From Candidatus Latescibacterota bacterium (GTDB taxonomy: Bacteria; Latescibacterota; UBA2968; UBA8231): DNA of 64,000 nt. The DNA is taken from positions 1,170,936 to 1,234,935 of the forward strand of contig CBDCNM010000002.1 of the NCBI GenBank assembly GCA_965219385.1, read 5' to 3'. Below are positions 38,419-48,991 of this stretch, piece by piece. The notes beneath the pieces are model-generated. The model ran no database searches. It was not told the DNA's origin and saw only the letters and a list, made by a program, of their open reading frames with translations. Position numbers and translations under genes: made by a program. The number at the start of each line of letters is the position of its first letter. Position 1 is the stretch's first letter.

Positions 38419-39213
38419 TTGATCCACATGCTCGAACTCAACCTGAAAGACCAGGTCGCCCTCGTCACCGGCGGCAGCGAGGGCATTGGCAAAGCCATCG
38501 CCCACAAGCTGGCCGCGGAAGGCTGCAGGGTCGCCATCTGCGCCCGCCGCGCCGCCGTGCTCGAAGCCGCCGCTGAAGGAAGCAGGGCTTCGACCGGCGC
38601 CCAGGTCCTGGCCGTGGCAGCGGATGTGAATCGAGCGGAGGACCTGGAACGGGTGGTCTCCGCCGCCATCGAAACCTGTGGCCCGGTGGATATCCTGGTC
38701 AACAACGCCGGGCGCTCGGCCGCCCACCCCTTCGAGGAGGCCACCGAGGAGATGTGGCAGGAAGATTTCGACCTCAAATTCTGGGCGGCGGTGCGCACCG
38801 TACGTCTGGTCGTCCCCCACATGAAAGCACAGAGCCGAGGCGCCATCATCAACATCACCCACCCCGGCGGCAAAGCCCCGGGCGCGGCTTCCATGCCCAC
38901 CTCGGTGAGCCGCGCCGCCGGCATCGCCTTCACCAAGGCCCTCTCCAGGGACATGGCCGCACACCGCATCCGCGTCAACACCGTCTGCCTGACCAACATC
39001 AAATCCGCCCAGGGCGAGCGCGCCTGGCGCGCCTCGGGCAGCTCTTTGAGCTATGAGGACTGGTGCGCCGAACGCGGCAAGGCCATCCCTCTCGGCCGCC
39101 TGGGCGAAGCCCGCGAAGTGGCTGACCTGGTGGCCTTCCTGGCCTCGGAACGCGCCGCTTTCATCACCGGCACAGCCATCAACATAGACGGCGGCGACAG
39201 CGCGACCATCTAG
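38419..39213 (+). CDS. SDR-family NAD(P)-dependent oxidoreductase
   Basis: The TGGSEGIGKAIA Rossmann motif and NNAG are present. The catalytic region is spaced like classical short-chain dehydrogenases. Confidence 0.85.
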   Translation: MIHMLELNLKDQVALVTGGSEGIGKAIAHKLAAEGCRVAICARRAAVLEAAAEGSRASTGAQVLAVAADVNRAEDLERVVSAAIETCGPVDILVNNAGRSAAHPFEEATEEMWQEDFDLKFWAAVRTVRLVVPHMKAQSRGAIINITHPGGKAPGAASMPTSVSRAAGIAFTKALSRDMAAHRIRVNTVCLTNIKSAQGERAWRASGSSLSYEDWCAERGKAIPLGRLGEAREVADLVAFLASERAAFITGTAINIDGGDSATI

Positions 39214-39228
39214 GGCTCTTCCCGGCCA

Positions 39229-40666
39229 TCACGGCACCTGGCGCCGCCGATAAATCAGCAAGCCATCCCGACCCTGGTCTGGAACATAGTGCTGCCGGAC
39301 AAAGCGGTGAAAAGCAGGAAAACGCCGCATCTGTTCATAGGAGTCGCGGGGCTCGAAGATATTCCGATCCCCCCGACCTACCAGGATGAAAACCGGCTTG
39401 TCCTGCTGCAACCCCTGCATGAACTCCGCCTGCCGCTGCTCCAGACCAGGCAACTGGAGCGAGACGGGCGCATCGGTCAGGAGGTGGTGGTGAAAAAGAT
39501 AGCGGGTGGCCGGCCGGCGGGCGGCCTGAAAATAGATCGCCGGGACCAGCCCCCAGACCAGAATCCGCTGGTCGGGGGTAGTGCGCGCGGCAATATAACG
39601 GCCAATCTCCCTGTCCCGTCCCGGCGCCGTCGCGCCCTTCCAGGACAGGTGGAAGAAGGCGTCCTCGTTGATCCGGCCGGAGAGGAAGCGGACGTTGGGC
39701 CCGTAAAGCTGGATATAAGCCGGAGCATCGCGCCAGGCCGCCAGCAAAATCCCGGCGAGAACCAGGAAACCAAACCAGCGGTGGGTACCAGCGCGCAGGA
39801 GCCGGCGAACGATTCGGTGCACTCCACAGCCGATCAACAGGGCCGAGGGAGCCAGCAAAACCAGAAAGTGATAGGTGGCGAACTGCCCCTGCCCCCAGAC
39901 CATGGCATAGGCGCACCCCCACCAGCTCAGGACCAGGACAAGCAGACGCCGATCTTCCCAGCCCCCCTCGCCACCCTTGTGCAGAAAAGAGAAGACCAGC
40001 CCTGCCGCGCTGATCGTGGACAGACCCCAGAAAAGCAGATCTTGCGCAACAAAGTCCGCAAAAACCTGCCAGGCCAGCGGCCAGTACTGCGGTGGAGAGA
40101 CCGCCTCCCGGTAGAGCTTCGCATAGGTGAATACCGCCTCGTAGAACAACCCCAGACTGCCCTGGCCCCAGAAGTAGAGGACGACCGCGAGGGGAAGAAC
40201 CGGCACCCCGCCCAGGAACCAGAGGAGCGCCCGGATATTCTTCCCCAGAATCAGATAAGGTCTCGGCCTGGGCGCTGCCCCACAAACCGCCGAAATTGGG
40301 CAGGTGGGCAAAGAGCAGGTACGCGGCCGCGGCCCACAGACCTGCCTGACGCCCAAAGTGTCGGCCCAGAAAAAACAGCGCCACAGCGCCCGCACCCGTA
40401 GCTAGGCCATCCAGCACGCGGACGCTCGCAACATGCGGCCCCAGAATGTCGAAGGTCAGGGCGTAAAGATAAAAAATGGCCGGGGGTTTGCTATCCCACA
40501 GGTCCTGGTAGGGCATAGCGCCCTGTGGGAGCCACAGACCGAGGCAGGCAAAGAGGCTCTGATCCAGGCCCAGAGGCTCTGGCCAGCGCACGAACTGAGT
40601 CGCCAGCCAGAGGACCAGCAAACCCGGCCAGGGCAGGAGGCGCTGGCGCGTCAACGGCCCCAGCAC
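39229..40666 (-). pseudogene. GT39/ArnT-like (PMT_2) membrane glycosyltransferase, frameshifted near 40240
   Basis: The N-terminal frame (40666-~40250) reads …DQSLFACLGLWLPQGAMPYQDLWDSKPPAIFYLYALTF…, typical of GT39/GT83. The remainder continues in a second frame (…YLILGKNIRALLWFLGGVPVLPLAVVLYFWGQ…). The switch lies near a GGGG homopolymer. Confidence 0.5.
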
Positions 40667-40670
40667 CGGC

Positions 40671-41453
40671 CTACTCCGGCGCGTACTGTCCCATGTACCC
40701 GGTGCGGGCTCCCAGGACCTCTTTCAGTTCCCCCGCGCTGGCGTCGATGACCTCCTGGGTGGGAGCGCATCCGGGCCAGCACTGCATCCAGGGTGGGGTA
40801 AAACCGTAGAACATGGTGTAGCGGGTGCGCTCGGAAAGAACCGGCACCCCGGTGTGAATCAGGGCTTCGGTGAAGTGCAGGACCGAACCAGCCCTGGCCT
40901 GCATTTGTTGCACCACGGACGGATCGAAGACCTCGCGCCAATCCTGGGCTTCAATCCGGTGCGAGCCGTCCAGGACCATGGTCCCGCCGTCGTCGGTTCC
41001 AACGTCCGTGAGGAAGGTGATGTTGTTGAGGAAGGTGGTGTTGATATAAGGGTGGTTGTTGGCCGACACGACCCCGTACTTGGGGCGGATGCCGCGATGC
41101 CACCCCATATGGGCGGGATCGGCCAGTTCCGCCCTCTTTGTCTTGCGCTCGGGATGGGGTAGCTTGATCATGGAATGACAGCATTCAAAGCGCGGCGGCG
41201 TGCCCAGAAGCTGCTTGAGGACCGGCAGGATCTTCGGATGCATAATCCAGTCGCGGAAGACCTGGTCGTAGTTTATCATGTTGTCGACGTTCTTGATGTC
41301 CTCGGTATCCTTGTGGACCATGGTCGATACCTTGGATTCGTAGAGTCGGTCCATACCCTGTTTGAAGGCTTCGCATTCCGCGGCCTCGAACACGTCTTCC
41401 TGCAGGACCCAGCCGTGCACTGCAAAGTGATAGAGTTGGGCATCTGTAAGCAT
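40671..41453 (-). CDS. Phytanoyl-CoA dioxygenase (PhyH)-family Fe(II)/2-oxoglutarate oxygenase
   Basis: PhyH-like fold motifs: HxD…H region, …WHRG…, …HFTEALIHTG…. The start is ATG 41453 (MLTDAQLYHF), preceded by aaggag. Confidence 0.7.
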   Translation of the reverse strand: MLTDAQLYHFAVHGWVLQEDVFEAAECEAFKQGMDRLYESKVSTMVHKDTEDIKNVDNMINYDQVFRDWIMHPKILPVLKQLLGTPPRFECCHSMIKLPHPERKTKRAELADPAHMGWHRGIRPKYGVVSANNHPYINTTFLNNITFLTDVGTDDGGTMVLDGSHRIEAQDWREVFDPSVVQQMQARAGSVLHFTEALIHTGVPVLSERTRYTMFYGFTPPWMQCWPGCAPTQEVIDASAGELKEVLGARTGYMGQYAPE

Positions 41454-41562
41454 GATGGTCTCCTTGTTTATCGATAGAGTTGGGCATCTGTAAGCATGAT
41501 GGTCTCCTTGTTTATCGATAGAGTTGGGCATCTGTAAGCATGATGGTCTCCTTGTTTATCGA
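41431..41562. repeat. 44-bp tandem repeat x3 spanning the esterase stop codon, RBS and PhyH start codon
   Basis: The unit is tagagttgggcatctgtaagcatgatggtctccttgtttatcga. On the coding strand this reads …atcgaTAAacaAGGAGaccatcATGcttacagatgcccaactcta. The three copies are perfectly identical. Confidence 0.85.
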
Positions 41563-42209
41563 TCCTCCTCCAGGCGCCGCTGCAGCCAGTCCCTCGTATC
41601 GGCGAGACACTCCGGGTTGATCTCGTGGCCCATATCGTATTCCCTGCAGGTCAGATCCAGGGGCAAACGGCGCAAAAGGGCGCGTGCCGTCCTTCCCTGG
41701 TGGATGGGTATGACCATGTCCTGGCGGCCGTGGGTCATCAGCACGGGCAGGCCTTGCAGGGCCTCGCCGTTGCCCTCCGGCATCATCTCCTCGACACAGA
41801 TACCACTGAGAAATACCACTCCGGCGCACAGCTCGGGACGCACCAGGGCCGTGCTCATAACCATACTGGCTCCCTGGCTGAATCCCAGCAGATAAGTCCG
41901 GTCCACCGGGTGCTCCCTCTGCAGAACCTCCACCAGCCCGGCCACCCGATCGCGCGCCTCGCGGGCCAGATCGTAGTGCAGCACCAGCCCGTTCGGGGTG
42001 AAATCGATCGGGAACCAGGCAAACCCCCCGAAATCCAGCGGATGCGGGGCGCGCACGCTGACGATCAGGAAACCCGGATCCAGGTAAGGGGCCAGCCCTA
42101 AAAGATCTTCTTCGTTGCTGCCGTAGCCGTGCAACAGGACCAGCAGAGGCTGGCTGCCCTGGGGGTTCTCCGCGGCCGGTGGACGGACAATGTAGTGGAG
42201 TGGCCCCAT
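41556..42209 (-). CDS. Phospholipase/carboxylesterase-family alpha/beta hydrolase
   Basis: GFSQGA nucleophile elbow. The LLVLLHGYGSNEED N-terminus is typical of esterase/PHB-depolymerase-like family proteins. Confidence 0.8.
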   Translation of the reverse strand: MGPLHYIVRPPAAENPQGSQPLLVLLHGYGSNEEDLLGLAPYLDPGFLIVSVRAPHPLDFGGFAWFPIDFTPNGLVLHYDLAREARDRVAGLVEVLQREHPVDRTYLLGFSQGASMVMSTALVRPELCAGVVFLSGICVEEMMPEGNGEALQGLPVLMTHGRQDMVIPIHQGRTARALLRRLPLDLTCREYDMGHEINPECLADTRDWLQRRLEEDR

Positions 42210-42322
42210 GCTGGCCCTTTCAGGTTTGACCCGGGGTACAAGCTTTTCTAATATACTGATTGAAAATCATACAAAACCGTTCGTCAAAAAATAACGGAAA
42301 AAATAACTGAAAGAAACGCACC

Positions 42323-45016
42323 ATGGCTGCCCGCATCGTCCTGGTTGACGGCATGGCCGTTGCCTATCGCGCCTACTTTGCCTTTATCAACAACCCCCTG
42401 GTCAATTCCAAAGGCGAAAACACCAGCGCGGTCTTCGGCTTTGCCAATACCCTGCTCAAGGTATTCAGAGAAAACAACCCCGAATACCTGGCCATCCTCT
42501 TCGACACCAGCGCCCCGACCTTTCGGCACGAGAAACACTCCGAGTACAAGGCCACGCGCGAGAGAATGCCCGAAGACATGAGCGGCCAGTTGCCGCGCAT
42601 CCGCCAGCTAGCCGCGGCCATGCGGATCCCTCTCCTGGAACAGGAAGGCTACGAAGCCGACGATTTGATCGGCACCCTGGCCCTCAAGGCCGCGGCCCGG
42701 GGGTTGGAGGTGACCATCCTCACCGGCGACAAGGACTTCATGCAGCTGGTGCGGCCCGGCATACAGCTTTTGAATCCCCACCGCTCCGCCGAAGACGACG
42801 AGACGATAGGCGTCGAGCAGGTAAGGGAGAAATTCGGCATTGAGCCCGACCAGATCATCGAGGTCCTCAGCCTCATGGGCGACACCTCGGATAATGTCCC
42901 CGGCGTGCCGGGGGTGGGACCCAAGACCGCCACCAAACTCATCCAGGAACACGGCAGCCTCGAAGTCGTGCTGGCGGCGGCGCCCCGGATCAAACAGAAC
43001 AAACTGCGCGAGAATTTAATCCAGTTCGCCGACCAGGCCCGGCTCTCCAAAGAACTGGTCACCATCCACGTCGACAGCCCCATCGAACTCGACCTGGAGG
43101 CTATGGCCGTGGCCGGCTTTGACCAGCCCGAGTTGGCCGCTCTCTTCAAAGAGCTGGAGTTCAGTCGCCTCCTGGAGCAGCTCGACCTTTCCGCTCCAGG
43201 CCCGGAAGCAGAAAACATCCCCACCCACTACAAACGGGTCCAGGATCTGGAACAAGCTGAAAAGGTAGTGGCGGAAATGGCCTCCAGTCAAGGCTTTGCC
43301 ATCGACCTCGAAACCACCGCCCTCGATCCTCTCAGCGCCGCAATCGTCGGCATCTCGCTTAGCCGTGCAAGCGGTCGGGCCTTTTACCTGCCCACGGCGC
43401 ATGCAGAGGGCGGAAACCTGGACCTGGAGCAGGTCCTGCACCACCTCAAACCCCTGCTCGAAGACCAGGGGATTTGCAAGTACGGACAGAACATCAAATA
43501 CGATACCAGCATCCTGATACGCCATGGCATCGACCCGCAGGGTTTCGCCTTCGATACCATGATCGCCGACTATTTGCTCGATCCGACCGAGCGCCAGCAC
43601 AACCTGGACGCCCTGGCCCGGCACCACCTCGACTACACCATGACCTCCATCAGCGAGTTGATCGGCAAGGGCAAGGATCAGATCGGCTTTGCCCAGGTGG
43701 ACCAGGAAAAGGCCTGTCACTACGCCTGCGAGGACGCGGATATAACCCTGCGCCTGGTGGAGGTGCTGCGGCTCCAGTTGCAGGAAAAGGAAATGGTCGA
43801 CCTCTTCGAGCAGGTGGAAGTGCCCCTGGCAGGGGTGCTGCGCGATACGGAACTGCACGGGGTGGCCATCGACACTGAATTCCTGCAGGCGTTCTCCGCC
43901 TCCCTGGAGACCGATCTCGAAGCCCTCAAAGGTCGGATCCACGAACTGGCCGGCGAGGAGTTCAACATCAACTCGACCCAGCAACTGGCCCATATCCTCT
44001 TTGACAAAATCGGCCTCAAACCCCGCAAGAAAACCAAGACCGGATACTCCACGGATGTGGGCGTGCTGGAAGAGCTGGCCCAGGAACACCCCCTGCCCGA
44101 ACACCTCCTCGAATACCGCGAACTCACCAAACTCAAATCGACCTACATCGATGCCCTGCCGGCCCTGGTGCATCCGGCCACCGGACGCGTCCACGCCTCC
44201 TTCAACCAGACCGTCACCGCCACCGGCCGCCTCTCCGTCTCCGATCCCAACCTGCAGAATATCCCCATCCGCACTCCCCTTGGACGCGAGATTCGCAAGG
44301 CCTTCATCGCCGGCCGCGAGGACGCCTGCATCCTCTCGGCCGACTACTCCCAGATTGAACTGCGCCTCCTGGCCCACTTCTCCGGCGACCAGGCCCTCGC
44401 CGACGCCTTCCACGCCCACGAGGACATCCACACCCGCACCGCCTCCCTGATCTTCAACCTGATGCCGGAGTTCATCACCCCGGATCTGAGGGCCCAGGCC
44501 AAGACCGTCAACTTCGGGGTCATCTACGGCCAGAGCCCCTTTGGTCTGGCGCGCCAGTTGGGCATCCCCCTGGGCCGCGCCCGGGAATTCATTGCCAATT
44601 ACTTTGCAATCTACCACCAGGTCAGGGAATTCATCGACCAGACCATTGCCCGGGCCCGTCAGGACGGCTATGTCCGCACCTTGCTGGGCCGTAGGCGCTA
44701 CCTGCCCGAAATCGACAGCGACAATACCCGCCGCCGCGAATTCGCCGAGCGCACCGCCATCAACACCCCGATCCAGGGCAGCCAGGCCGACATGATCAAG
44801 GTGGCCATGGTCAACATCCACCGCAAGCTCCGCGAGCGCAACCTGGACGCCAGCATGATCCTGCAGGTACACGACGAACTGGTCTTCGAGGTGGGCCAGA
44901 AGGACCTGGATGAAGCAGAGGAACTGGTCCGGACCGAAATGGTACAGGCCCTACAGTTGAACGTGCCCGTAGTGGTGGCAAGCGGCAGCGGCCGCACCTG
45001 GTTCGAGGCGCACTGA
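42323..45016 (+). CDS. polA: DNA polymerase I
   Basis: 897 aa. 5'-3' exonuclease N-terminus. Klenow-like polymerase motifs: RRxAKxxNFGxxYG, and DYSQIELR in motif A. Confidence 0.97.
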   Translation: MAARIVLVDGMAVAYRAYFAFINNPLVNSKGENTSAVFGFANTLLKVFRENNPEYLAILFDTSAPTFRHEKHSEYKATRERMPEDMSGQLPRIRQLAAAMRIPLLEQEGYEADDLIGTLALKAAARGLEVTILTGDKDFMQLVRPGIQLLNPHRSAEDDETIGVEQVREKFGIEPDQIIEVLSLMGDTSDNVPGVPGVGPKTATKLIQEHGSLEVVLAAAPRIKQNKLRENLIQFADQARLSKELVTIHVDSPIELDLEAMAVAGFDQPELAALFKELEFSRLLEQLDLSAPGPEAENIPTHYKRVQDLEQAEKVVAEMASSQGFAIDLETTALDPLSAAIVGISLSRASGRAFYLPTAHAEGGNLDLEQVLHHLKPLLEDQGICKYGQNIKYDTSILIRHGIDPQGFAFDTMIADYLLDPTERQHNLDALARHHLDYTMTSISELIGKGKDQIGFAQVDQEKACHYACEDADITLRLVEVLRLQLQEKEMVDLFEQVEVPLAGVLRDTELHGVAIDTEFLQAFSASLETDLEALKGRIHELAGEEFNINSTQQLAHILFDKIGLKPRKKTKTGYSTDVGVLEELAQEHPLPEHLLEYRELTKLKSTYIDALPALVHPATGRVHASFNQTVTATGRLSVSDPNLQNIPIRTPLGREIRKAFIAGREDACILSADYSQIELRLLAHFSGDQALADAFHAHEDIHTRTASLIFNLMPEFITPDLRAQAKTVNFGVIYGQSPFGLARQLGIPLGRAREFIANYFAIYHQVREFIDQTIARARQDGYVRTLLGRRRYLPEIDSDNTRRREFAERTAINTPIQGSQADMIKVAMVNIHRKLRERNLDASMILQVHDELVFEVGQKDLDEAEELVRTEMVQALQLNVPVVVASGSGRTWFEAH

Positions 45017-45017
45017 A

Positions 45018-47231
45018 CTACTCCACCCTTACTTCGTAAGGTCCAGCTCCCCGCAACACAAGGACGGTCCACTCCTCGGTGCTTGCGATTTCCTGGACGA
45101 ATGAATTGGGGTGGAACTTTTCGTTGCGCCAGACCGTTTCGCCGTTGAGATTGAGGATTGGAAAGCGCTTGCCCAGGCGCGGCACCCACAGGTGGGTCTC
45201 GCCCTCCTCGGTGCGCACCACCCGCATAGAAAAGGAAACCCTGGAATCCCACTCTACTTCCACCGCTCCTCTCGGAGTAAGGATCCGCCCTCTGGCCCGC
45301 GACAAAGCGGCCGATTGCGGCCGGATTTCCACCACCTCATAGCCCGGGGCGCCCGGGCGGATACCCAGCACCTGGGAGCCCAGGTAGTACTCGGGTCCGG
45401 GTGGCATGGCCGGCGCCTGGGAGGGATTCTTTTCAGCCCATGTCCGGCCCTTCCGAGCCAAGAGTCGGCCCCATTGTTGCCGCAGGAAATCCAGTGCCCT
45501 TTTCTGGAGCCCGGTGCGCCACAATCCACCCGCCACAAAGAAAGCCTCCAGCAAATCCTCTACCCGGCGCAGGTGCGCCCCCCGGAGCTGGTGGACCATT
45601 TGCTCTTGCTGGCCTTCATCCGCCAGACCAAAGTAAAGCACCAGGCCATTGCTCCACTGGCTCAGCGGCTGGGTTGCGGCGGGCCGATCGGAAAACAGGC
45701 CCTGTTGCGGAACCCAGGCCGTCTGCAGAGCCTGGCGCACCTGGTGTTGCGTCCGCTCGTACAGGGCCCCCTGCTCGTTCTCACCCGCACCGCTACACAG
45801 TCGCCCCGCAGCGTCCAGAGCCCCGGCGTAGAGGGCATTCAGAGCCGTGCTACACCAGGCGCCGACGGCTGGCAATAACCCCTCTGCAGTCCGGTGTTCC
45901 GCGCAGGCATCCAGCACCTGGAGGGCGCCCGGCAACACCTCGGCGACTGCTGCATCCTGGCCGTGATAGCCCTGAAAGGCCTCCACAAAAAGCACATAAG
46001 CCAGGGCCTGCGGCACGGCCGCACCCCCGGAACGAGGTGGGGGATTGGCGGCCAGGGTGGCGGCGGCGGTCCGACCGTCGCCGCTCAGGTAATAATCGTC
46101 CAGCGCCAGCGCATAGGCTCTCAACCAGTCGAAGGGTTGTTGCGGCCCAGCAAACCAGTAGACCTCCTGCCGGCATGCCTCCAGGGTGCGCTCCCCTGTC
46201 TTCCAGATCTTCTCCAGGGATTCGGTGGCGGCAAAGGAGCCGCCCTCCTCTACCGCGACCCTGCGCTCCAGCAGGGAGACGCAGTCCACTTCCAGGGCCT
46301 CGCCGCACTGGCTCAGCCGCACCACCAGATACCGGCAGGATTTCATCTGGATCCCGCTCCACTCCTGCAAGCCGGCGGCGCACACATAGCGCAGGCCCGA
46401 CTCGATCTCGCCCCAGGTGCGGGCAAACCCCATGTCCAAAACGCCGGCCCCACCCCCGCGCAGCCGCAAACGGGGGAAACCGGTTACCACTCGGCCGAAG
46501 TCCAGGACCAGGTACACCGCCCGTTGTGGATTTCGGGTCTGCACCAGGGTCCGGGTCTTGCCAGGCTGCAGCAGGGCTTCGCGATGGACGCATTTGCACT
46601 GTTCCATGCGCCTGGGCTCGGCTTCGAAGCGCAATGGCCCGGTGGCCTCGATCTCGCCGAATCTCACCACCTCCCGGGCCCAGACTTCCTCCTCAATCGC
46701 CGGACGCGGCGACCAGACCAAAGGCGCGGCGATCCGGGCTTTGCTCGCCACGGCAGCTTCAAACCCCTCTTCCTGGAGCCTGCCCTCCCTCCAGGCAGTG
46801 GAAGCCGCTGAATAGACTTCGGCGAGGGGCTCGGTTTCCCGGACCTGCCAGGCGTCGGCCCGCAGAACCTGCCAGGAATCTCCGCTGCAGAGCACCATTT
46901 CGCTATCATCCGCGCAGAAGATCTGGCCCTCTGCCCTGAACCAGGAGGGCTCTCCGGGATCGGGATGGGCCCGGGCCAGAACAAGGAGGACATTCTCTCC
47001 CGGTTGCACCAGGTCGCTGATAGTGCAGGTATTCCACACCGGTACCTGGGTGAGCGCCGGCCCCAGTCCCCGCCCCACCCTCCGGCCGTTGAGGTAGATT
47101 TCGAAAGGGCCGTTACAGGCGCACTGCATCCACGCCTTGCGGCTGGCACTGGAGAGGATAAAAGACTTTCTCAGGTACACCCAAGGCGAGGTGGAAGAAA
47201 CTACTGGATGCCAGATCGGCTCGGATTTCAT
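45018..47231 (-). CDS. Six-hairpin glycoside-hydrolase-like protein (alpha-L-rhamnosidase/GH78-like, tentative)
   Basis: 737 aa. The overall layout resembles bacterial alpha-L-rhamnosidase: N-terminal beta-sandwich, central (alpha/alpha)6-like region, C-terminal beta domain. No diagnostic catalytic motif was confidently recognised. Confidence 0.35.
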   Translation of the reverse strand: MKSEPIWHPVVSSTSPWVYLRKSFILSSASRKAWMQCACNGPFEIYLNGRRVGRGLGPALTQVPVWNTCTISDLVQPGENVLLVLARAHPDPGEPSWFRAEGQIFCADDSEMVLCSGDSWQVLRADAWQVRETEPLAEVYSAASTAWREGRLQEEGFEAAVASKARIAAPLVWSPRPAIEEEVWAREVVRFGEIEATGPLRFEAEPRRMEQCKCVHREALLQPGKTRTLVQTRNPQRAVYLVLDFGRVVTGFPRLRLRGGGAGVLDMGFARTWGEIESGLRYVCAAGLQEWSGIQMKSCRYLVVRLSQCGEALEVDCVSLLERRVAVEEGGSFAATESLEKIWKTGERTLEACRQEVYWFAGPQQPFDWLRAYALALDDYYLSGDGRTAAATLAANPPPRSGGAAVPQALAYVLFVEAFQGYHGQDAAVAEVLPGALQVLDACAEHRTAEGLLPAVGAWCSTALNALYAGALDAAGRLCSGAGENEQGALYERTQHQVRQALQTAWVPQQGLFSDRPAATQPLSQWSNGLVLYFGLADEGQQEQMVHQLRGAHLRRVEDLLEAFFVAGGLWRTGLQKRALDFLRQQWGRLLARKGRTWAEKNPSQAPAMPPGPEYYLGSQVLGIRPGAPGYEVVEIRPQSAALSRARGRILTPRGAVEVEWDSRVSFSMRVVRTEEGETHLWVPRLGKRFPILNLNGETVWRNEKFHPNSFVQEIASTEEWTVLVLRGAGPYEVRVE

Positions 47232-47467
47232 ACCTGCTGCAATGCCGCCGGTTTTAGGCGCTGAGGTTCGAAGCGTTCTTCTTCGAAACCCTGGACCCTG
47301 GGTTTCACCGTGCGCCGAACCCCAGGGTCCAGGAGTTGCTGCACCACCATGTGGAGCGTGACCCGGGAAGCGATACTAGACCGCACCACCGGATTGGGAT
47401 GGAATTTCAACTCCACGGAACGTTCGAAGTTTACCTTGAAATCGATGCTGCAGGTATCGCAGTGCAC
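47228..47467 (-). CDS. Small hypothetical protein (possibly coupled upstream ORF)
   Basis: 79-aa ORF whose stop overlaps the GH78-like start by 4 bp. No motifs. It could be spurious. Confidence 0.2.
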   Translation of the reverse strand: MHCDTCSIDFKVNFERSVELKFHPNPVVRSSIASRVTLHMVVQQLLDPGVRRTVKPRVQGFEEERFEPQRLKPAALQQV

Positions 47468-47548
47468 CTGGGGCTGGATACCGCCCAGAGAAGGACTTCG
47501 CGCCTTGGTCCCGCTCCCCCTATCCGCCAGGGGTATGGAGCTTGGATC

Positions 47549-48991
47549 TCATCCTTTCGGCATGCGTAGCGCCACGTAGGAGGTGTGCTCCCCCCGACGA
47601 ACCAGCACCAGCAGAGCCTTGCCGTCCTCCACCTCATCGAGCGCACTCTCGTAGTCCTGTACGGTTTCCACCGGCTCGCGTTCGATTTCCTGGATCAGGT
47701 CGTCCCGCCGCACGCCCTGCCAGCTGGCCGCGCTGCCCCGCCGCACGCCCGTAACCAGCACGCCGTGCTCCCCTTGGTATCCGAGTCGCTGTGCCAACTC
47801 CGGGGTCAACTCCTGGACCTTCAACCCCAACTTCCCCGCAGCCTCCTGTCCCGGGGTCGACCTAGAAGCCAGGACCTCCTGGGTGAGTTGGTCCAGCACC
47901 ACCTTGATTTTCTTTTCTTTGCCATCCCGTAGAACCAGCAATCCCACCTGGGTGCCGGGAGGGGTCGCGCCGATTCGGCTCTTCAGTTCGGTGCTGTTTT
48001 TCACGGCTTCGCCATCCACCGCCAGGACCACATCTCCCTGCTTGACGCCGGCCTTGTCTGCGGCGCCACCCGGAGTCACCGAGTGAACCATCGCACCCTG
48101 GGTATTCTCCATCCCCAGAGCCTCTGCCATGACTGGGTCGACATCTTTTATTTTCACTCTCAGCAACCCTCGCCTCACCTCGCCGTACTCCACCAGCTGC
48201 TGTAAAACATCCCCGGCTAGGTTGACCGGAATGGCGAATCCAAGCCCGGCACTCCCGATATTGCCCCGGAATCTGTTGCCGGCGTTGATGATAGCGGTAC
48301 TGACCCCGACCACCTCCCCGCGCAGATTCACCAGGGGCCCGCCGCTGTTGCCCGGGTTGATGGCCGCATCCGTCTGGATGAACGAACCGTACTCATCTAA
48401 TGTGAATCGACCGCGACCGAGGGCGCTGACAATCCCGGCTGTGACCGTGTGCTCCAGACCAAAAGGATTGCCCACAGCCAGCACCCATTCCCCCACCTTC
48501 AATGCGCTCGAATCTCCCAGAGGGATCGGCGGCAGGTCTTGGGCATCGATCCGCAAAACCGCCAGGTCGCTCAGCGAATCCGTCCCCACGATCTCGGCTT
48601 CGAAGTGACGCTCGTCCGTCAGCTCCACCTGAATCTCGTCGGCATCCTCGATCACGTGGTTGTTGGTCAGGATATAGTAGTCGTCTTGGTAGAGCACGAT
48701 GAACCCGGATCCCTGCTTGGGGCGATAATCCTCTGGCCTCTCGAAGCCGTACGGACTGCCAAAGAAGCGCTCGAAGGGGAACCTGCGAAAAGGATCCCAA
48801 GCTGCCACGGGCGCTGCTGTTTCGGTGACGATAGCCACCACGCCGGGCTCGACTTTGGCTGCGACCCAGGTAAAGGCGTTTCCGAGTTGCCGCAGTTGTT
48901 CCAGCCCCTGCTCGGCACCCTCGTAGGCGCTGGCCTGGACCGCGGTCAGACCCGTACAGACCACCAACAGATAAAGCACAAACTTCCGCAT
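47549..48991 (-). CDS. htrA: Periplasmic serine endoprotease DegP/HtrA (trypsin-like domain + two PDZ domains)
   Basis: GNSGGPL catalytic serine box. Asp (NNHVIE[DAD]) of the catalytic triad. Two PDZ regions. Signal peptide MRKFVLYLLVVCTGLTAVQASA. The start is ATG 48991, preceded by aaggagagg. Confidence 0.9.
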   Translation of the reverse strand: MRKFVLYLLVVCTGLTAVQASAYEGAEQGLEQLRQLGNAFTWVAAKVEPGVVAIVTETAAPVAAWDPFRRFPFERFFGSPYGFERPEDYRPKQGSGFIVLYQDDYYILTNNHVIEDADEIQVELTDERHFEAEIVGTDSLSDLAVLRIDAQDLPPIPLGDSSALKVGEWVLAVGNPFGLEHTVTAGIVSALGRGRFTLDEYGSFIQTDAAINPGNSGGPLVNLRGEVVGVSTAIINAGNRFRGNIGSAGLGFAIPVNLAGDVLQQLVEYGEVRRGLLRVKIKDVDPVMAEALGMENTQGAMVHSVTPGGAADKAGVKQGDVVLAVDGEAVKNSTELKSRIGATPPGTQVGLLVLRDGKEKKIKVVLDQLTQEVLASRSTPGQEAAGKLGLKVQELTPELAQRLGYQGEHGVLVTGVRRGSAASWQGVRRDDLIQEIEREPVETVQDYESALDEVEDGKALLVLVRRGEHTSYVALRMPKG

